Part shown: piece after piece, positions 1 through 11,799 of the stretch
Numbering within the stretch: the stretch's first letter is position 1
How the letters are laid out: each line of letters opens with the position of its first letter
Origin: Cetorhinus maximus
Taxonomy: Eukaryota
Length of the DNA stretch: 64,000 nt
Reading direction: 5' to 3'
Assembly: GCF_964194155.1 (NCBI RefSeq)
Contig: NW_027596118.1
Span: 806,001 to 870,000 of the forward strand
The notes under the pieces: model-generated
What the model was told of the DNA's origin: nothing
What the model saw: only the letters and a program-made list of their open reading frames with translations
The model's database searches: none
Translations under genes and position numbers: made by a program

Positions 1-1900
1 TTAATATATTAAAGGAACACAAGTTTAAAGAAATTAACTATGATTATTAAAATAACAAGTGAAATTATTATTTAGGCTGCACAAATATTTCCAGATTATT
101 TAGTGATTAGCACAGGTCTATGCAGAATAATAAATATTTCATGAACACAAAGGTTAAATATGATTATTAAGTATTCAATACGATTCGTAAACATGACATA
201 AAGCATTAAATATTTAGATTGCTGCTTGACTATTGATAGTTACAGACAGGGAAAGAGTAATAATGGACTATTTAATGAATATGTTGATTTCGAGAACAAA
301 CGCGAATTTTGATCAATTAATTATAAATAGTGAATACCTGACGTATTATTTAGGCAGAAAAAAGGGAAGTTTACATCAGTTATGTTATTGCTATTAAGCT
401 AAGTTATTCCATATATTTTGCAAATGTTTTCCTATTATTAAAGATTTAGCCAGGATAATAAAGAGTAACTTGTGCTAATTTATTGGAACAACACAAATTT
501 TCATAACTACGGTTATTAAAATTGCAGTCGAGTTATTATTTAAGCTATGCTAATTCTTACAAACCATTACAATCATATCAAGACTAACAGATCAGTTATT
601 TGAGAATTTGTGATTGACAGAACAAACACATGTTTAAAAAAAATTAAATGCTTTTAAATATGAATCCAAGTTATTATTAAATGCAAACTTTTTTTTATTT
701 AGAATGAGCTGTTGTTTACTGATTAATATAGATCAATAGCAAAATATATTAAATTCAATATCAAAATTGAATAAATCTGCTGAAAGATTATTAATTGGCA
801 GAAGGCACACAAGTTTAGGCAAATGGAATATTATTACCATGTGTTAAGGGGCAGAACAACCACAAGTTTTTAAGAAGTAAAAGTGATTATTATATTTTTT
901 AATTGACAGAAATATGAAGATTAATTAAATCAGCCACAATATATTAAATTTGAAAATGAAACAATTGTAATTAATGAACTAACGGTTTCAAAATGTATTT
1001 AAAAATGTCCCCTCATGTGACTGTGTCACAAGAGATGGGACATGGTTTTATATTTATGAACATTAAACAACCTATCAACAGATATTAAATTAGATGAACA
1101 GAACAAATGCAAGTTTAAATGAAATCTGATTATTACATCTGCCAATTGATTCAAACGCAAGTTTAGATAAATTAAATATTAAGATCAGGTACGTTAATTG
1201 ACACAACAAGCACGTTTTAAATGTGATGACTGTGTTAATCTTTGGGTAAACAGAACGAGTTTAGATGAATTTAATTCTGGTAATAACTATATTAAATGGC
1301 AGACGAGACACACGTTTAAACAACTTGAACACAAAAGCGAAAGAGGTTCAAGAACAGAACCACCAAAGTCAGTTTAGATAAATTAAATCTAATTATTACA
1401 TATGTTAACTGACAGGACAAATGTCAGTTTAGAAAAAGGAAAACATTTTATTTAACAAGTTAACTGATTGAACAAACTCGAGTTTAGGCTGAATGTGTGA
1501 ACTGATATTAACACAATATTAGACGAAGTAAATATAAACATTAAAAATCTCAATTGACAAATCAAACAAACATGTTTCAATGAGATGATTAAATGTGTTA
1601 ATCGACAGAGTGAAAAAAACACCAGTTTGGACAAACTGATCAATGAGCCTTAAATGTTGCAGTTAAATTAATAGGTTAATTCACAGAACAAACACAAATT
1701 TCAACTGAATATGATTATTAAAACTGTTCAATTGAGGTAAATGTAAGTTTTATACAAATATTAACATTAAATCTGTTTAAATGTGATTGGAATTCAATAG
1801 ATATTGAATTGATATGAATTTAATATTGAAATGAAACCCGCCAAATGATGAATTGAAGCTTTGAATTGTAATTATCTGATAGAAAGTATCAGGATTCCTC
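1..1900. repeat. AT-rich degenerate tandem repeat, about 55-bp period
   Basis: Recurring TAATTGACAGAACAAACACAAGTTTAGATAAATTAAATATGATTATTA-like units (e.g. near 611, 791, 1095, 1195, 1405, 1680); no credible ORF. Confidence 0.6.
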
Positions 1901-2137
1901 AGGGAAATTGCTGAATGTTGGATTATGTTAATATTTGGGGGAATTAATTAGTATTTTTGAACATCTGAGTTTAGGGGATGTTAATGGTTAATTGACGATT
2001 TTCGGTTGCCCTCCGGCTAATTTCTATCACTTATTGGATAATCCTCCCTCTGAGGCCCCGAGAGAAGCTGCCTCCGTGACCAGGCCGCAAAAAGAGCCTG
2101 GGCCTCTCCCGACGGTGCAGGGGGAGTTAGGCCGCAC

Positions 2138-2183
2138 CCTGCACGCGCCGCCCGGCTGCAGAGCGGATCACCACCGCCGCCAT
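2138..2183 (-). CDS. Candidate first coding exon (MAAVVIRSAAGRRVQ), gene unidentified
   Basis: AAGATGGCGGCG start context inside the CpG island, followed by a possible donor G|GTGCGG at 2137. Without splicing the frame stops after 18 codons. The Ala/Arg-rich peptide resembles a targeting sequence. Confidence 0.3.
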
Positions 2184-2330
2184 CTTAGGTAAGGCTGGGA
2201 CCGGAAGAGGCGATCTCCATGGGCGACAGCAGAAAAGTGCGGGGCTTCGGGCACAAATGACGTTAGCGCGATCGACAGATGCGCTGCCATCCCAAGAGGG
2301 AGGGAGTTGCGCGCGCAGCCAAGATTCCCA

Positions 2331-2349
2331 TGGCCACCAGAGGGTGACA
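2331..2349 (+). promoter_or_regulatory. CTCF-like motif
   Basis: TGGCCACCAGAGGGTGACA closely resembles the CTCF core CCACCAGGGGGCGC and lies at the edge of the CpG island. Confidence 0.4.
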
Positions 2350-2350
2350 C

Positions 2351-2990
2351 CAACCCAGAGTGAAAATAGAGGAGGAAATTAATTAATAAATTAGAGAGAG
2401 AGAGTAACGAAGTGTGAAAATAGAGGAAGAAATTAATTAATAAATTAGACAGAGAGTAACCCAGTGCGAAAGTAGAGGAAAAATGCAAATAATGAATTAG
2501 ATAGAGACAGAGACAGCAACCCAGTGTGCAAAGATAGGAGGGATGTAAGTTTTAAATTAGAGAGAGGGAGGGAGATCAATGCAGTGTGCTAATAGAGGTG
2601 TAAAAATGAATAGCGAGAGAGAGAAAGCAAACCAGTGCATAAATATAGGGGGATGTAATTAATAAATTAGAGAGAGGAGGAGAGACAGAGCACCATAGTG
2701 TCCAAATTCTGGAGGAACTTAATTAATAAATTAGAGCGGACAGATTGAAACCTAGTGTGTAAATAGAGGATTAATGTAATTAATCAATTAGAGAGAGAAA
2801 CACATTGTGCAAATGGAGCGGGAATGTGATTAATATGATGCAGAGATAGCAACCAGTGTACAAATAGAGGTGGAATACAATTAATAAATTCTACATATAC
2901 AGAGTGAAAGCAACTCAGTGCGCAAATAGAGAAATGCAAATAATAAAGTAGAAAGAGAGAACAATTAAAAAAATTAGAGAGAGAGCAAAT
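2351..2990. repeat. Degenerate minisatellite, about 55-60-bp unit, about 11-12 copies
   Basis: Repeated CAACCCAGTGTGCAAATAGAGGAGGAAATTAATTAATAAATTAGAGAGAGAGA-like units. Confidence 0.8.
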
Positions 2991-3059
2991 ACCACTTCCT
3001 GTCTTTTGGCAGTCTAACAATTTCCATTGTTTTTATCTGTCAGAAATATAGATTGATTC

Positions 3060-3400
3060 ACTCAGCATGTAGTCCTGGACCTTGGAATGTGGCAGAATGG
3101 AACTTTCGCTCGAGTACAAGTATTTGCACTGGAGGACCAGCCGGTTTCAGGCAGAGCAAAGAGCTGCTTTCATCAAGTTGGTGATTCTCCAGCTGCAGCT
3201 GACGTCTGTCTCAGTGTTTGTCCCTGGAAAAGCCGATGGAACACAGAGTCCTGTGTCACAGAACTGCTCGGGATGAACCCCATCAAAAAACACTGCATCT
3301 CTCTCCAGGACATTGCAAAGGTGCAATCCACAAGGAGGTGAACAACATTCTCTTACGATTTAATGCACAAAAACACCACATGGCGGAAGCACAGAGGATG
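3060..3400 (-). mobile_element. L1/Tx1-type LINE ORF2 C-terminal fragment
   Basis: Minus-strand translation across frameshifts gives ENVVHLLVDCTFA..WREMQCFL..FIPSSSVTQDSV..FPGTNTETDVSCSWRITN..KVQDY. This matches the Cys/His knuckle and tail of Tx1-like ORF2. Confidence 0.75.
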
Positions 3401-3554
3401 CTGAAGGTGAGAGACAGAAAATTACGTTTCACACAAAGCGGGGTGGCCGGGGGGAGGAGTTGCAATAACATGGAAAAGATTAAATGCTGGAGTCTGTGTG
3501 TGTATCTGTGTGTGTCTTGGTCAGCAGTTCAGGTACTTGCTTATTATTTATTCA

Positions 3555-3650
3555 TTCTCTGGATGTGGGTGTTGCTGCCTATGCCAGCATTTGTAGACCA
3601 TCCTTAATTGCTCCTTGAGAAGGTGCTGGCGAGCTGCCTTGAGCAATCTA
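3555..3650 (-). mobile_element. 3' tail of the second (Zenon-like CR1-group) LINE family or its SINE
   Basis: Reverse complement matches the tails at 16738-16808 and 55950-56040. Confidence 0.65.
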
Positions 3651-3999
3651 CATTCTGCTAGATACTGCCAGAATTACAAAAACCCAGAAACACTCAGACA
3701 CACACACACACCTTTAAAAATCAACCCTCTGCAGGATAACTGTCAGAGTGACAGAGAAACAAATACCTTTAGCAATATATACTGCCTGAATCTCACACAC
3801 ACACCACACACACCTTTACCAATCCCCAACGTGTGTGTGTTCGCGATCCCTGCTGTGTGTGTTTTCCCCTGTGTGTAATAATACATTCATTATTCTGTCT
3901 GTAATTACCAATTGTCAGTCAGTCAACAAGCCTAATATTTAACATCTTAGGTACATAGTTGAGGATTTTGTTGAATATTTAACAATCATATGTAATCTT

Positions 4000-4520
4000 T
4001 GTGTGCTTTAACTGTACACTTTGAAAGTCCCTGTCTTATATTGAGCTGTGACGAGTCACTCTCTTTAGGAGCTGCTGCTTTAAGTATTTAACTCACTTAA
4101 AATTATGCTAGCTCTAGGTCTGAAACTGACTCTCACACCAAAGCTAAACTGGAATCAGCTTTACCATTCAAATTCTCACATTGAACCAAAATTCCAAACA
4201 TACTCACCCTTGGCTCTGTCTCAGAAATTTCCACCCTTACTTCTTATGGCTGGTACCTGTTAAACTGGTTATCTCAAGGTCAGAATCAGACTCTTACTCT
4301 AATATTACTCTCATTCTAAAATTAAACTTGTATCAGATTTAACTTTTGAATTATCACTTTAAACCAGATTCACCAAAATACTCATTTCAGTGTCTGTCTC
4401 ACTCAGGCTAATGTCTCCCCTCACTGATTGTGTGTGCATTACTGGTTGTGCACTTTAAAAGTCCCTGTCTTATATTGAGCTGTGAAGAGTCACTCTCTAG
4501 CTGAGCTGCCTACTGCTGTC
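4000..4520 (-). repeat. Left arm of inverted duplication (two promoter-like cassette copies)
   Basis: Reverse complement aligns over about 500 bp with 6170-6730; the motif GTCCCTGTCTTATATTGAGCTGTGA occurs at about 4027 and 4461. Confidence 0.8.
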
Positions 4521-5009
4521 ATCAAAAAATATTCAGGCAAGGGTGATTGACAGTGAACTGCCAAAAAGTCAGTTGCCTGTTGAACTAGGCTGCTGACCAA
4601 TGTGTGCTGCGATGTTTGAAGGTGAGACTGCCATTGGTTGATCCCGCTCCTGGGTGAGGGTGGCAGGGTCAATGAGGTAAAGGGGGTTACCTCAGGAGCT
4701 GGTGGTTTAAGAGGGATTCAGGCCATGAAACCTTCATGTGTGGATTAGGAGTTCAGGGTGTAGTTCCATCTCATGCATTATGGTTTTACAGTCTGGCCGA
4801 CTCCCATCCAATAGGAGGGCAAAATCTTTCTTTCACTGATAACACACCTCTCAAATCAAATGGATTCACATCTCTGGGTGCCAGATGTCACAGATTTATT
4901 CAGCAAACATTAATCAATGAATTAAACGCAAGAGGCAAAGATTCAGACAAAAAGCTGCCAATTTTTGGATGAGAATTCAAACGGGTTAGTCTGCAGTTCA
5001 GAATACAGA

Positions 5010-5345
5010 TCAATCGGAGCATACGGACATGGGAGTGAGGAGCAGGATTAGGCCATTCAGCCCCTCGAGCCTGCTCCGCCTTTCAACAAGATCGTGGCTG
5101 AACTGCTTGTGGCATCATCTCTTTCCTGATTGTGCCCCCCCCCCCCGCCAACCCAATAACGATTTGACCCCCTTGTCGATCAAAAATATGTCCAACTCAG
5201 CCTTCAATATGTTCAATGTCCCGGCCTCCAGTGCTCTGTGGGGGAGAGAAATCCATTCCACAACCTAACGACTCTCTGAGAGAAGAAATTCCTTCTCATC
5301 TCCGTCTTCAACGGGAGACCCCTTGTTCTGAAACAGTGCCCCACC
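5010..5345 (-). mobile_element. CR1 LINE 3' end fragment
   Basis: Encodes RTRG..LK..EMRRNFFSQRVVRLWN, the CR1 ORF2 C-terminus, followed by the CR1 3' UTR motif GGGCTGAATGGCCT. Confidence 0.85.
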
Positions 5346-5367
5346 ACCCCCGCCCCCCCACCCCCAC

Positions 5368-5804
5368 CCTTAGTGTCCAGTTTGTTTTTCCCGATGTACA
5401 TCACTTGGACTTCGGCATTGGTCTGGTCACAATCCACGTTGCTGAGGTCCAGAACCGCTGTAACATCGAGAGGACAATGCTTCAGACACACCCACACAAA
5501 GCCGCTGGGCAGGGTTAGAGATGGGAGTGAGAACTGGGTACAGAGGTGGATTGGAGGCGAAGGGTTGTGTAGGGGTCGGAGAGAGTGCAGGGACAAGGCT
5601 CGAGGGTCAGACTCTGTCCACTCCCCTCGCTGACAGACTGAATGAATCTCCGTGATGAAGTGGTATTGCGATAAGATTATCCTCAAATTGAGTTGACAAG
5701 TCAGGTACCTGAGTCTGATGATCCAACTCTGACAAAGGATGGACGCCGAGTGGAATCTCGACTACTTTGTTCCTCAGATCCCTCGTTGTGTGATGTCTCC
5801 CGGC
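5368..5804 (-). pseudogene. Two candidate exons (5626-5804 and 5368-5504) of an unidentified, probably decayed gene
   Basis: Acceptor-like sites TATCACAG (5805) and CTAACCCTGCCCAG (5505); donor-like GGGAGT (non-canonical) and GTGGGG. The second exon is open as GFVWVCLKHCPLDVTAVLDLSNVDCDQTNAEVQVMYIGKNKLDTK with coding-like codon use. Confidence 0.35.
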
Positions 5805-5839
5805 CTGTGATAGCGAAAGGTAATGTTACTCAAGTGCTT

Positions 5840-6070
5840 GCTGAACCCCCAAATCCCCGAAGCGCTGTACCCCAAAACCCCGAAAACTTAGAACCCCTCA
5901 AACCCCAAATATTCTGAGCCATGAAACTCGGAAACACTAAACCTCAAAATCACTGAACCACAAAACCCACAAACACTGAATCCCCAAACTCCACTGACGT
6001 TGGAACCCCCAAACACCAACTAAGACTGAATCCCCAAAACACTGAAAACCCAAACGCCAAAACCCTGAAC
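5840..6070. repeat. Low-complexity CCCCAAA/CACTGAA degenerate short repeat
   Basis: Repeated ACTGAA.CCCCAAA.. units. Confidence 0.6.
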
Positions 6071-6169
6071 ATTGTTTCAAGTTTACATTTAGAGAGATAG
6101 ACAGATTCTGAGATGAGCAGCATTAGTGGCAGTTAACTGTCTACCTCCGTTGTCTGATTAGTTTTTGAT

Positions 6170-6900
6170 TACTGTAGCAAGAAGCTGAGATGGAGAGTGA
6201 CTCATCACAGCTCAATTTAAGACAGGGAACTTTACAGTAGGCAGTCAGTAATGGACACACAGTCAGTGAGAGGAGACATTGGCCTGAGTGATACACAGAC
6301 TGAGTGAGTATATTAGTGAATTTGGAATTTGCTTCAAAGTGAGAATTTGAATGGTAAATTTGTTTCAATTTCAATTTTCGAGTAAGAGTCTGATTCTGAC
6401 CTAGAAATATTCTGTTTAGCAGGCAGTTGCCTTAGGAAGGGTGGAGATTTCAGCGACAGATCCAAAAGTTAGTATGTTTGGAAATTTGATTCATTTTGAG
6501 AATTTGCATGGTAAATATGTTTCAAGTTCATTTTTAGAGTAAGGGTCAGAATCTGGCCATGGACTCGCAGATTTTTAAGTAAGTTAACTGGACAAACAAT
6601 TGTCTCAGGATTAAATCACCTTTGCCTGAATAGTTTTTGACGACTGTAGCAGGACCCACAGGTAGAGAGGGCCTCATCACAGCTCAATATAAGACAGGAA
6701 CTTTTACAGTGTGCAGTCAGTCATAACACACAGTCAGTGTGGAGATACATTGGCCTGAGTGATACACAGACTGAGTGAGTATATTTAAGAATTTGGTTTA
6801 AAGTGAGAATTAAAATGGTAAATGTGTTTCAACTTCATTTGTGGAGTTAGTCAGATTCCGGCCTGGAACCAACAAATGTTTAAATAAGTTATATAGTTAC
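6170..6900 (+). repeat. Right arm of inverted duplication (two promoter-like cassette copies)
   Basis: CTCATCACAGCTCAAT(A/T)TAAGACAGG at about 6201 and 6674, each followed by ...ACACAGACTGAGTGAGTAT (about 6295 and 6765). Confidence 0.8.
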
Positions 6901-7099
6901 AGCAAATGTCTCTGGTTTTAATCACCGCAAGAGAACTTTTAATTAGGAGGAAAATTTAGAAAATTATTCACATAATCATTTATGCAGTCTGAAACCCACC
7001 AATGTGACCCTGCTCTGTTAAACAAATCGTGAAACTAATACATGTCGGAGAGAGAGTAATGGAGGGCATTTTCTGATGGAGACAGATAGGGACAATAAC

Positions 7100-7650
7100 G
7101 TCTTGGAACCATAATCTGGGGCAGACACAGGGACGTAGAAAGTGAGAAAGTGACAAACAAAATGTAGGAGATTCCGGCATTTAATGGGAAAGAGAGTGAC
7201 AAGTACGTGAAAATAGAGAGGGAGAGGGACAGATGTAAATCGAGTGATGGTATGTGACAGAGAGAACCAAACAGGGATTGTCAGTGAGGGTGAAGGAATG
7301 GGAGTAAAAAATTGTTTGAGAGAGAGTGACAACAGAGAGTGAGAGTAAAGGAATATGAGTGAAAGAGAAAGGGTGTGTGACAGATTGACAAACATGGAGT
7401 GAGAGTGAAAGAATGTGAGAGAAACAGAGATATTGTGAGAGACAGTAACAATCAGTGGGTCGGAGTGAGAGTGAAGCAATGTGCGAGAAAGAGAGATGGT
7501 TTCAGGGAGAGTGACAAACAGGGAGTCAGAGTGAAAAAATGTGAGAGAAAGAAAGATGGTGTGATAGGGAGTGACAACAGGGAGTGAGGTTAAGATTGAA
7601 CGAGTGCGAAACAAGATGGCTTGAGAGAGTCACAAACGGAGTGAGTGTGG
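7100..7650. repeat. GA-rich degenerate minisatellite, about 60-bp period
   Basis: Recurring GAGAGTGACAAACA.GGAGTGAGAGTGAAAGAATGTGAGAGAAA-like units. Confidence 0.65.
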
Positions 7651-8242
7651 GGTCTGAATGTTCCTGGTCCCATTAGTGCCTAAAGGAGGGGGCTACTCTT
7701 GTGAGAGTGTGCAGACAAATAGAGCGGCGGGTTACCTCTTCTTCAGTATAGAAATGGTTATTTGGTGATTGATGTAAAGAACAATGAGGGAGCCTCCATG
7801 TTGTGGCAGATTCGTAGCCACCGATTACCAGGGCTGTGCAACTTTCCCGGTGGGGCTGCCCCAGCGCCAGAACTACCGGCACTCTTAGTAATGAGGCTCC
7901 ATGGGGAGTTCCCACTATTCAGCATCTCACAGTGAGCTTCGCAATGGACAATTAGGAGACGGCCTCCAGGAAAGATTGTTCCCTCATCTCACAATCCCAA
8001 CATCAGTACTCGGGACTCTGATTGGGTCCCGAATTCATGGTTCCGAAGCTCGCGGGAATAGTCAGGTCACAGGGAGAAGCGGAGAGAGAGATAGAGACAG
8101 ATTGAGCTGAAAGGAATTCAGATGATGTGTGAGATGTGGATGGAAGTGAGCTCTGTCAGTTGGTCCTTTTCATTTCCCAGTCACTGTGTGAATCCTGAAA
8201 ACCGGATCACGTTATTTCAAATTGCATTCTAGTTCCATCCAA

Positions 8243-8592
8243 TGTGTCTGTGTGTGTGTTTGTGCGTGTCTGTGTTTGCATCTGTGTGCGTGTGCGTGTG
8301 TCTGCGTGTCTTTCTGTGCGTCTGAGTGCGTGTGTGTGTATCTGCTTGTCCGTCTGTGCGTCAGAGTGTGTGTGTGTGTGTCTGCTTGTCCGTCTGTGCG
8401 TCAGTGTGTGTGTGTGTCTGCGTTTGTGTGTGTGTGTGTGTGGCTGTGTGGATGCATATGAGAGTAGTATTTGTGCGTGTGTGGGTATGTGCCTGTGTGC
8501 ATGTATGTATGCGGGGGAGTGTATCTATGCGCGTTTGTGCCTCTGCGCCTGTGTATGTGTCGGTCTATATTTATGTGTGTCAGTGTATGTGT
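8243..8592. repeat. Degenerate (TG)n microsatellite abutting assembly gap 8593-8764
   Basis: TG/CG-rich dinucleotide run followed by Ns. Confidence 0.9.
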
Positions 8593-9159
8593 NNNNNNNN
8601 NNNNNNNNNNNNNNNNNNNNNNNNNNNNNNNNNNNNNNNNNNNNNNNNNNNNNNNNNNNNNNNNNNNNNNNNNNNNNNNNNNNNNNNNNNNNNNNNNNNN
8701 NNNNNNNNNNNNNNNNNNNNNNNNNNNNNNNNNNNNNNNNNNNNNNNNNNNNNNNNNNNNNNNNTTCCTGACACTGCTAATGTTCATCATTTCTGATCAT
8801 GTGGTTTGTAACTTGCTGCTGTCTGATGTTGGTGAGTGTCTGTCGGTGTAACTGACAGAGGGATTTCAGAGAAATTTGTTGTGCTTTTACTGGCGAACAT
8901 TTAGATTTGATTTAATCACATTTATCTTTATTGATTCGCCTCAGCATTATTAAAGTACTAAAGGATACAATTAAAGAGCCCAGTGGAAGGCGGTGCAGGA
9001 GAAATATTTCGCACGAAGTTTCAAACGCCATTTTTATTGATATTGTTGCTGTTCCCTTGGATGTTCAGGAGAGCACATGTGGAGGGACTTGGCGGTGAAC
9101 CTTTGCACTCTCACCTTTTCTCCCTGCGCCAATGGGCGGAGCCGGCGGGAACCTTCGCT

Positions 9160-9450
9160 CCAACCCCGTCCATTGTGCCCGACAAAGGAAGCAGGACCAG
9201 GCCCTTTCCATTGTGCCGTCATCAATGGGCCAAGATCACTCCCCCGTTCATTGTACAATCTCAGGGCCCTCCACTCTTTGTTATGACGTCATCATGGGAC
9301 TAGGTCCTGCCCCCTGTCCATTGTGCAGTCACATGACCCACCTGCCATATTGTGCCGTTGTCATGAGGAACAGATCTCACCCCCTAGGCATTGTGCAGCC
9401 ACAGGTGCCGCAACTCCCGTTATGCCCTCGTCATGGGAAACAGCACCAAC
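9160..9450. repeat. Degenerate GC-rich tandem repeat 3' of GPCR gene A
   Basis: Repeated CCCC.TCCATTGTGC and GTCAT(C/G)A.GG motifs at about 35/70-bp spacing. Confidence 0.5.
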
Positions 9451-9667
9451 CGCCCCCCCCCCCCACCCACCGCCCACCTGCTCCCCGGTAACTGTGCGGA
9501 TTAGGTGCCTCACCTCAATACTCTCACCAAGGGGATCAGGCACCTTCCCCACACCCCATACCGGAGGCGGAGCTATCCAACTCCTCCAGTCACTCTGTCG
9601 AACGGCACAACAGCCCCACCCACTGGGAATGTGAATTAAAATGAGAAAGTGCTGGACTTTCCCTGAG

Positions 9668-10581
9668 TCATTTCTTCTCACCTTTTTGAAAGAATTCCAC
9701 GATTGGTGCAAAGGGACAGTTCAGTACCTGCTTCAATTGCTCCCTGAATTTTGTCAGGGTCAGGGCATAAATACAAGAATTTGTGGAGCAGCTCAGGAGC
9801 TGCAACATGAAGCCCAGTTCCTGTACATAAGGATGGAGTAATATGGAGTCATAACCCAAATTATGCATCCGGATCCATACAGAATACGCCGCAAACGTTG
9901 CCCACAACAGGAGGAAATTTGCCGAGATAGAAAACAGTAAAATCATGGATTTCCTTCGACTCTCCATCTCCGGATCTCTGAGCCCCTCTCCACTACTCTG
10001 AGCCAGGAGTCTCCTGCGGGCTCTGCTGCTCACTAAAATGTGTCTGATGGTGAAAACATTGAGCAGCAGAATCAGGACAAATGGGACACAGGGAGTAAGA
10101 ATGTAATGGACAAACTCGATTGTTACCCAAACCGTAGACAGGTAAACATCTAGCATTACAGAACAAAACCAGGGCAGGTTCATCAGTTGATAAAATCCTG
10201 TGAACATGAAATACCAGAAAAGGTTATTTAAAAAGCTCAGCACAGTCACTGTTCCAAGAACCGCAGCTGCTGTCTTTTCGGTACAATATCTACATTTCAA
10301 AGTTCGGCAAGATATAGCTACAAATCGGTCAAAAGTGAAAGTGACAGTGAACCAGACTGAGCAATCAGTGGCTGCATAAAGCAGCACGGCATGGATATTA
10401 CAGATACGAAGGTAGTACAAGAAATGAAACTGCTCCCGATGGACAATTGGAATATGCCTCAACACCATGTCGAGTATAATCACCATTAGATCCGCCGATG
10501 CCATAGCCAACAGGTAGTAAGTAACACATTTGGAGAGACCACATTTTCCCCGGGAAATGATCAGAATTGTCAGCGATATAA
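9668..10581 (-). CDS. GPR139-like: GPR139/GPR142-like class A GPCR, paralogue A, exon 2 (uninterrupted frame, end of TM1 to C-terminus)
   Basis: Acceptor TTTCCCTTGCTCGCAG ending at 10582; motifs YLLAMASADL (TM2), FTFDRFVAI (TM3), TPCVPF (TM5), RRKSMILLF..LLW (TM6), GFMLQLLSCSTNSCIY (TM7); about 304 open codons. Confidence 0.92.
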
Positions 10582-11149
10582 CTGCGAGCAAGGGAAATAA
10601 ACAGGAAAAGAATACATTAGGTTAGCATAATGGTTTCGTTGATCACATATTGTAATTTTCGATGGTGCCACTGTAACCATTAATACATTTAATTGATTTT
10701 ACCTGAAAGAACAAATAGTGGAGTTTTAAAATGTTGTATGTCTGGCGAGATTAAATGTTGAAAGCACAATACTGACATTGTAGAACTCAATTTTATTGGA
10801 GGTGCAGGAGCACAGCGACTTTGGGTGCCTGTTCCCAATATTTGAACACGTCAGGCGAGCTTAACCGAAACGGTTAATAAAACAGCTGGGACCTTCCACT
10901 TGATGAATGGATGCAAACTCCATAAATCTCCTCCACAACTTTTCAAAACACTTGTTTCGCCAAACATATTGTATTCTGCCGAATAATGTGCAGCTCACTT
11001 TCGAAGTAACGTGAATAATTTGTAGAGGGTAGAGAGGAGACAGGCAAGAATGGCACCGCAGGTGAGTGATTACAATAACATGGATAGATGGGAGAAGCTT
11101 ATTTATTGTCAAGAAGAGTGCAATCACAGAATGGGTGCAGCATGGAAGG

Positions 11150-11735
11150 TTGATATTCAGCACATCTTATCCATGCTGGTCCACTGACGGAGCAATTCGC
11201 TGGTGTCAGCGTATTCCAGATTAGGGTTTGCAATAAAGGTTTTCCTCAGGGGGACATCGCCTCTTTTTCAAATTACCTTACATCCATGCACTCTGATTCT
11301 CGATACTTCCAACATTGAAAGGGTTTCTCCATACCTACTTTTTCCAGACCGTTTATCATTTTAAATATCTCTTCAAGTCGCCCCTCAATGTTGTGTTTTC
11401 CAAGGAGAACAACCACAACTTTTCCAATTCATCTACACGACTGGGATTAATCATCTCAGAGCAAATTGTCGCCTATCTTTTCTGTACCATCTTTAGTGCC
11501 TTAGCATTCTTGTTAAAATGAGATTTCCAGAGCTGGGCACAATGCTCCATCTGAGGACGAAACTGCGTTTTATGGAGGTTTATCATCTCCATCTTCCTTT
11601 CGTACTCATAGAGCTCAGGATGCGCTAAGATTAATGAACCACTGTCTCAAAATATCCTCCCACCTTCACTGATTCACGCACATGTACATACAGATCACTC
11701 TGCTCCTGCACCAATGTCAGAATTGTGTGCTGAGA
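11150..11735 (-). mobile_element. Decayed CR1 LINE 3' fragment in the intron of paralogue A
   Basis: Antisense of CR1 ORF2 tail motifs (LRGDLKEIFK; CAQLW). Confidence 0.6.
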
Positions 11736-11799
11736 AAGTTACATTAACATGTTCAACATTTTGACCAGTTGAGCGAAATTGAAGGAAGATGCAGTTATC

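Larger units (their letters stand above)
1990..2350. promoter_or_regulatory. Small CpG island / probable promoter with YY1 and ETS motifs
   Basis: Abrupt GC/CpG-rich island in AT-rich DNA; CCGCCATCTT (YY1-like) at about 2177-2186 and CCGGAAG (ETS-like) at 2201-2207; splice-donor-like AG|GTAAGG at 2189. Confidence 0.6.

Noticed and set aside
3044-3406. Apparent plus-strand exon with branch point, acceptor and AAG|GTGAGA donor
   Set aside because: The minus strand translates to a recognisable Tx1/L1 ORF2 C-terminus, and no plus frame is open across it.
5700-5780. Resemblance of GVHPLSELDH..DLSTQF to E1-like (SAE1/UBA1) adenylation motifs
   Set aside because: Flanking residues do not match and the reading frame is ambiguous; likely coincidence.
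7018-7614. 198-aa minus ORF
   Set aside because: Low-complexity translation of a GA-rich minisatellite.
8222-8851. Cys/Val-rich ORFs
   Set aside because: Translation of a TG microsatellite and an N gap.
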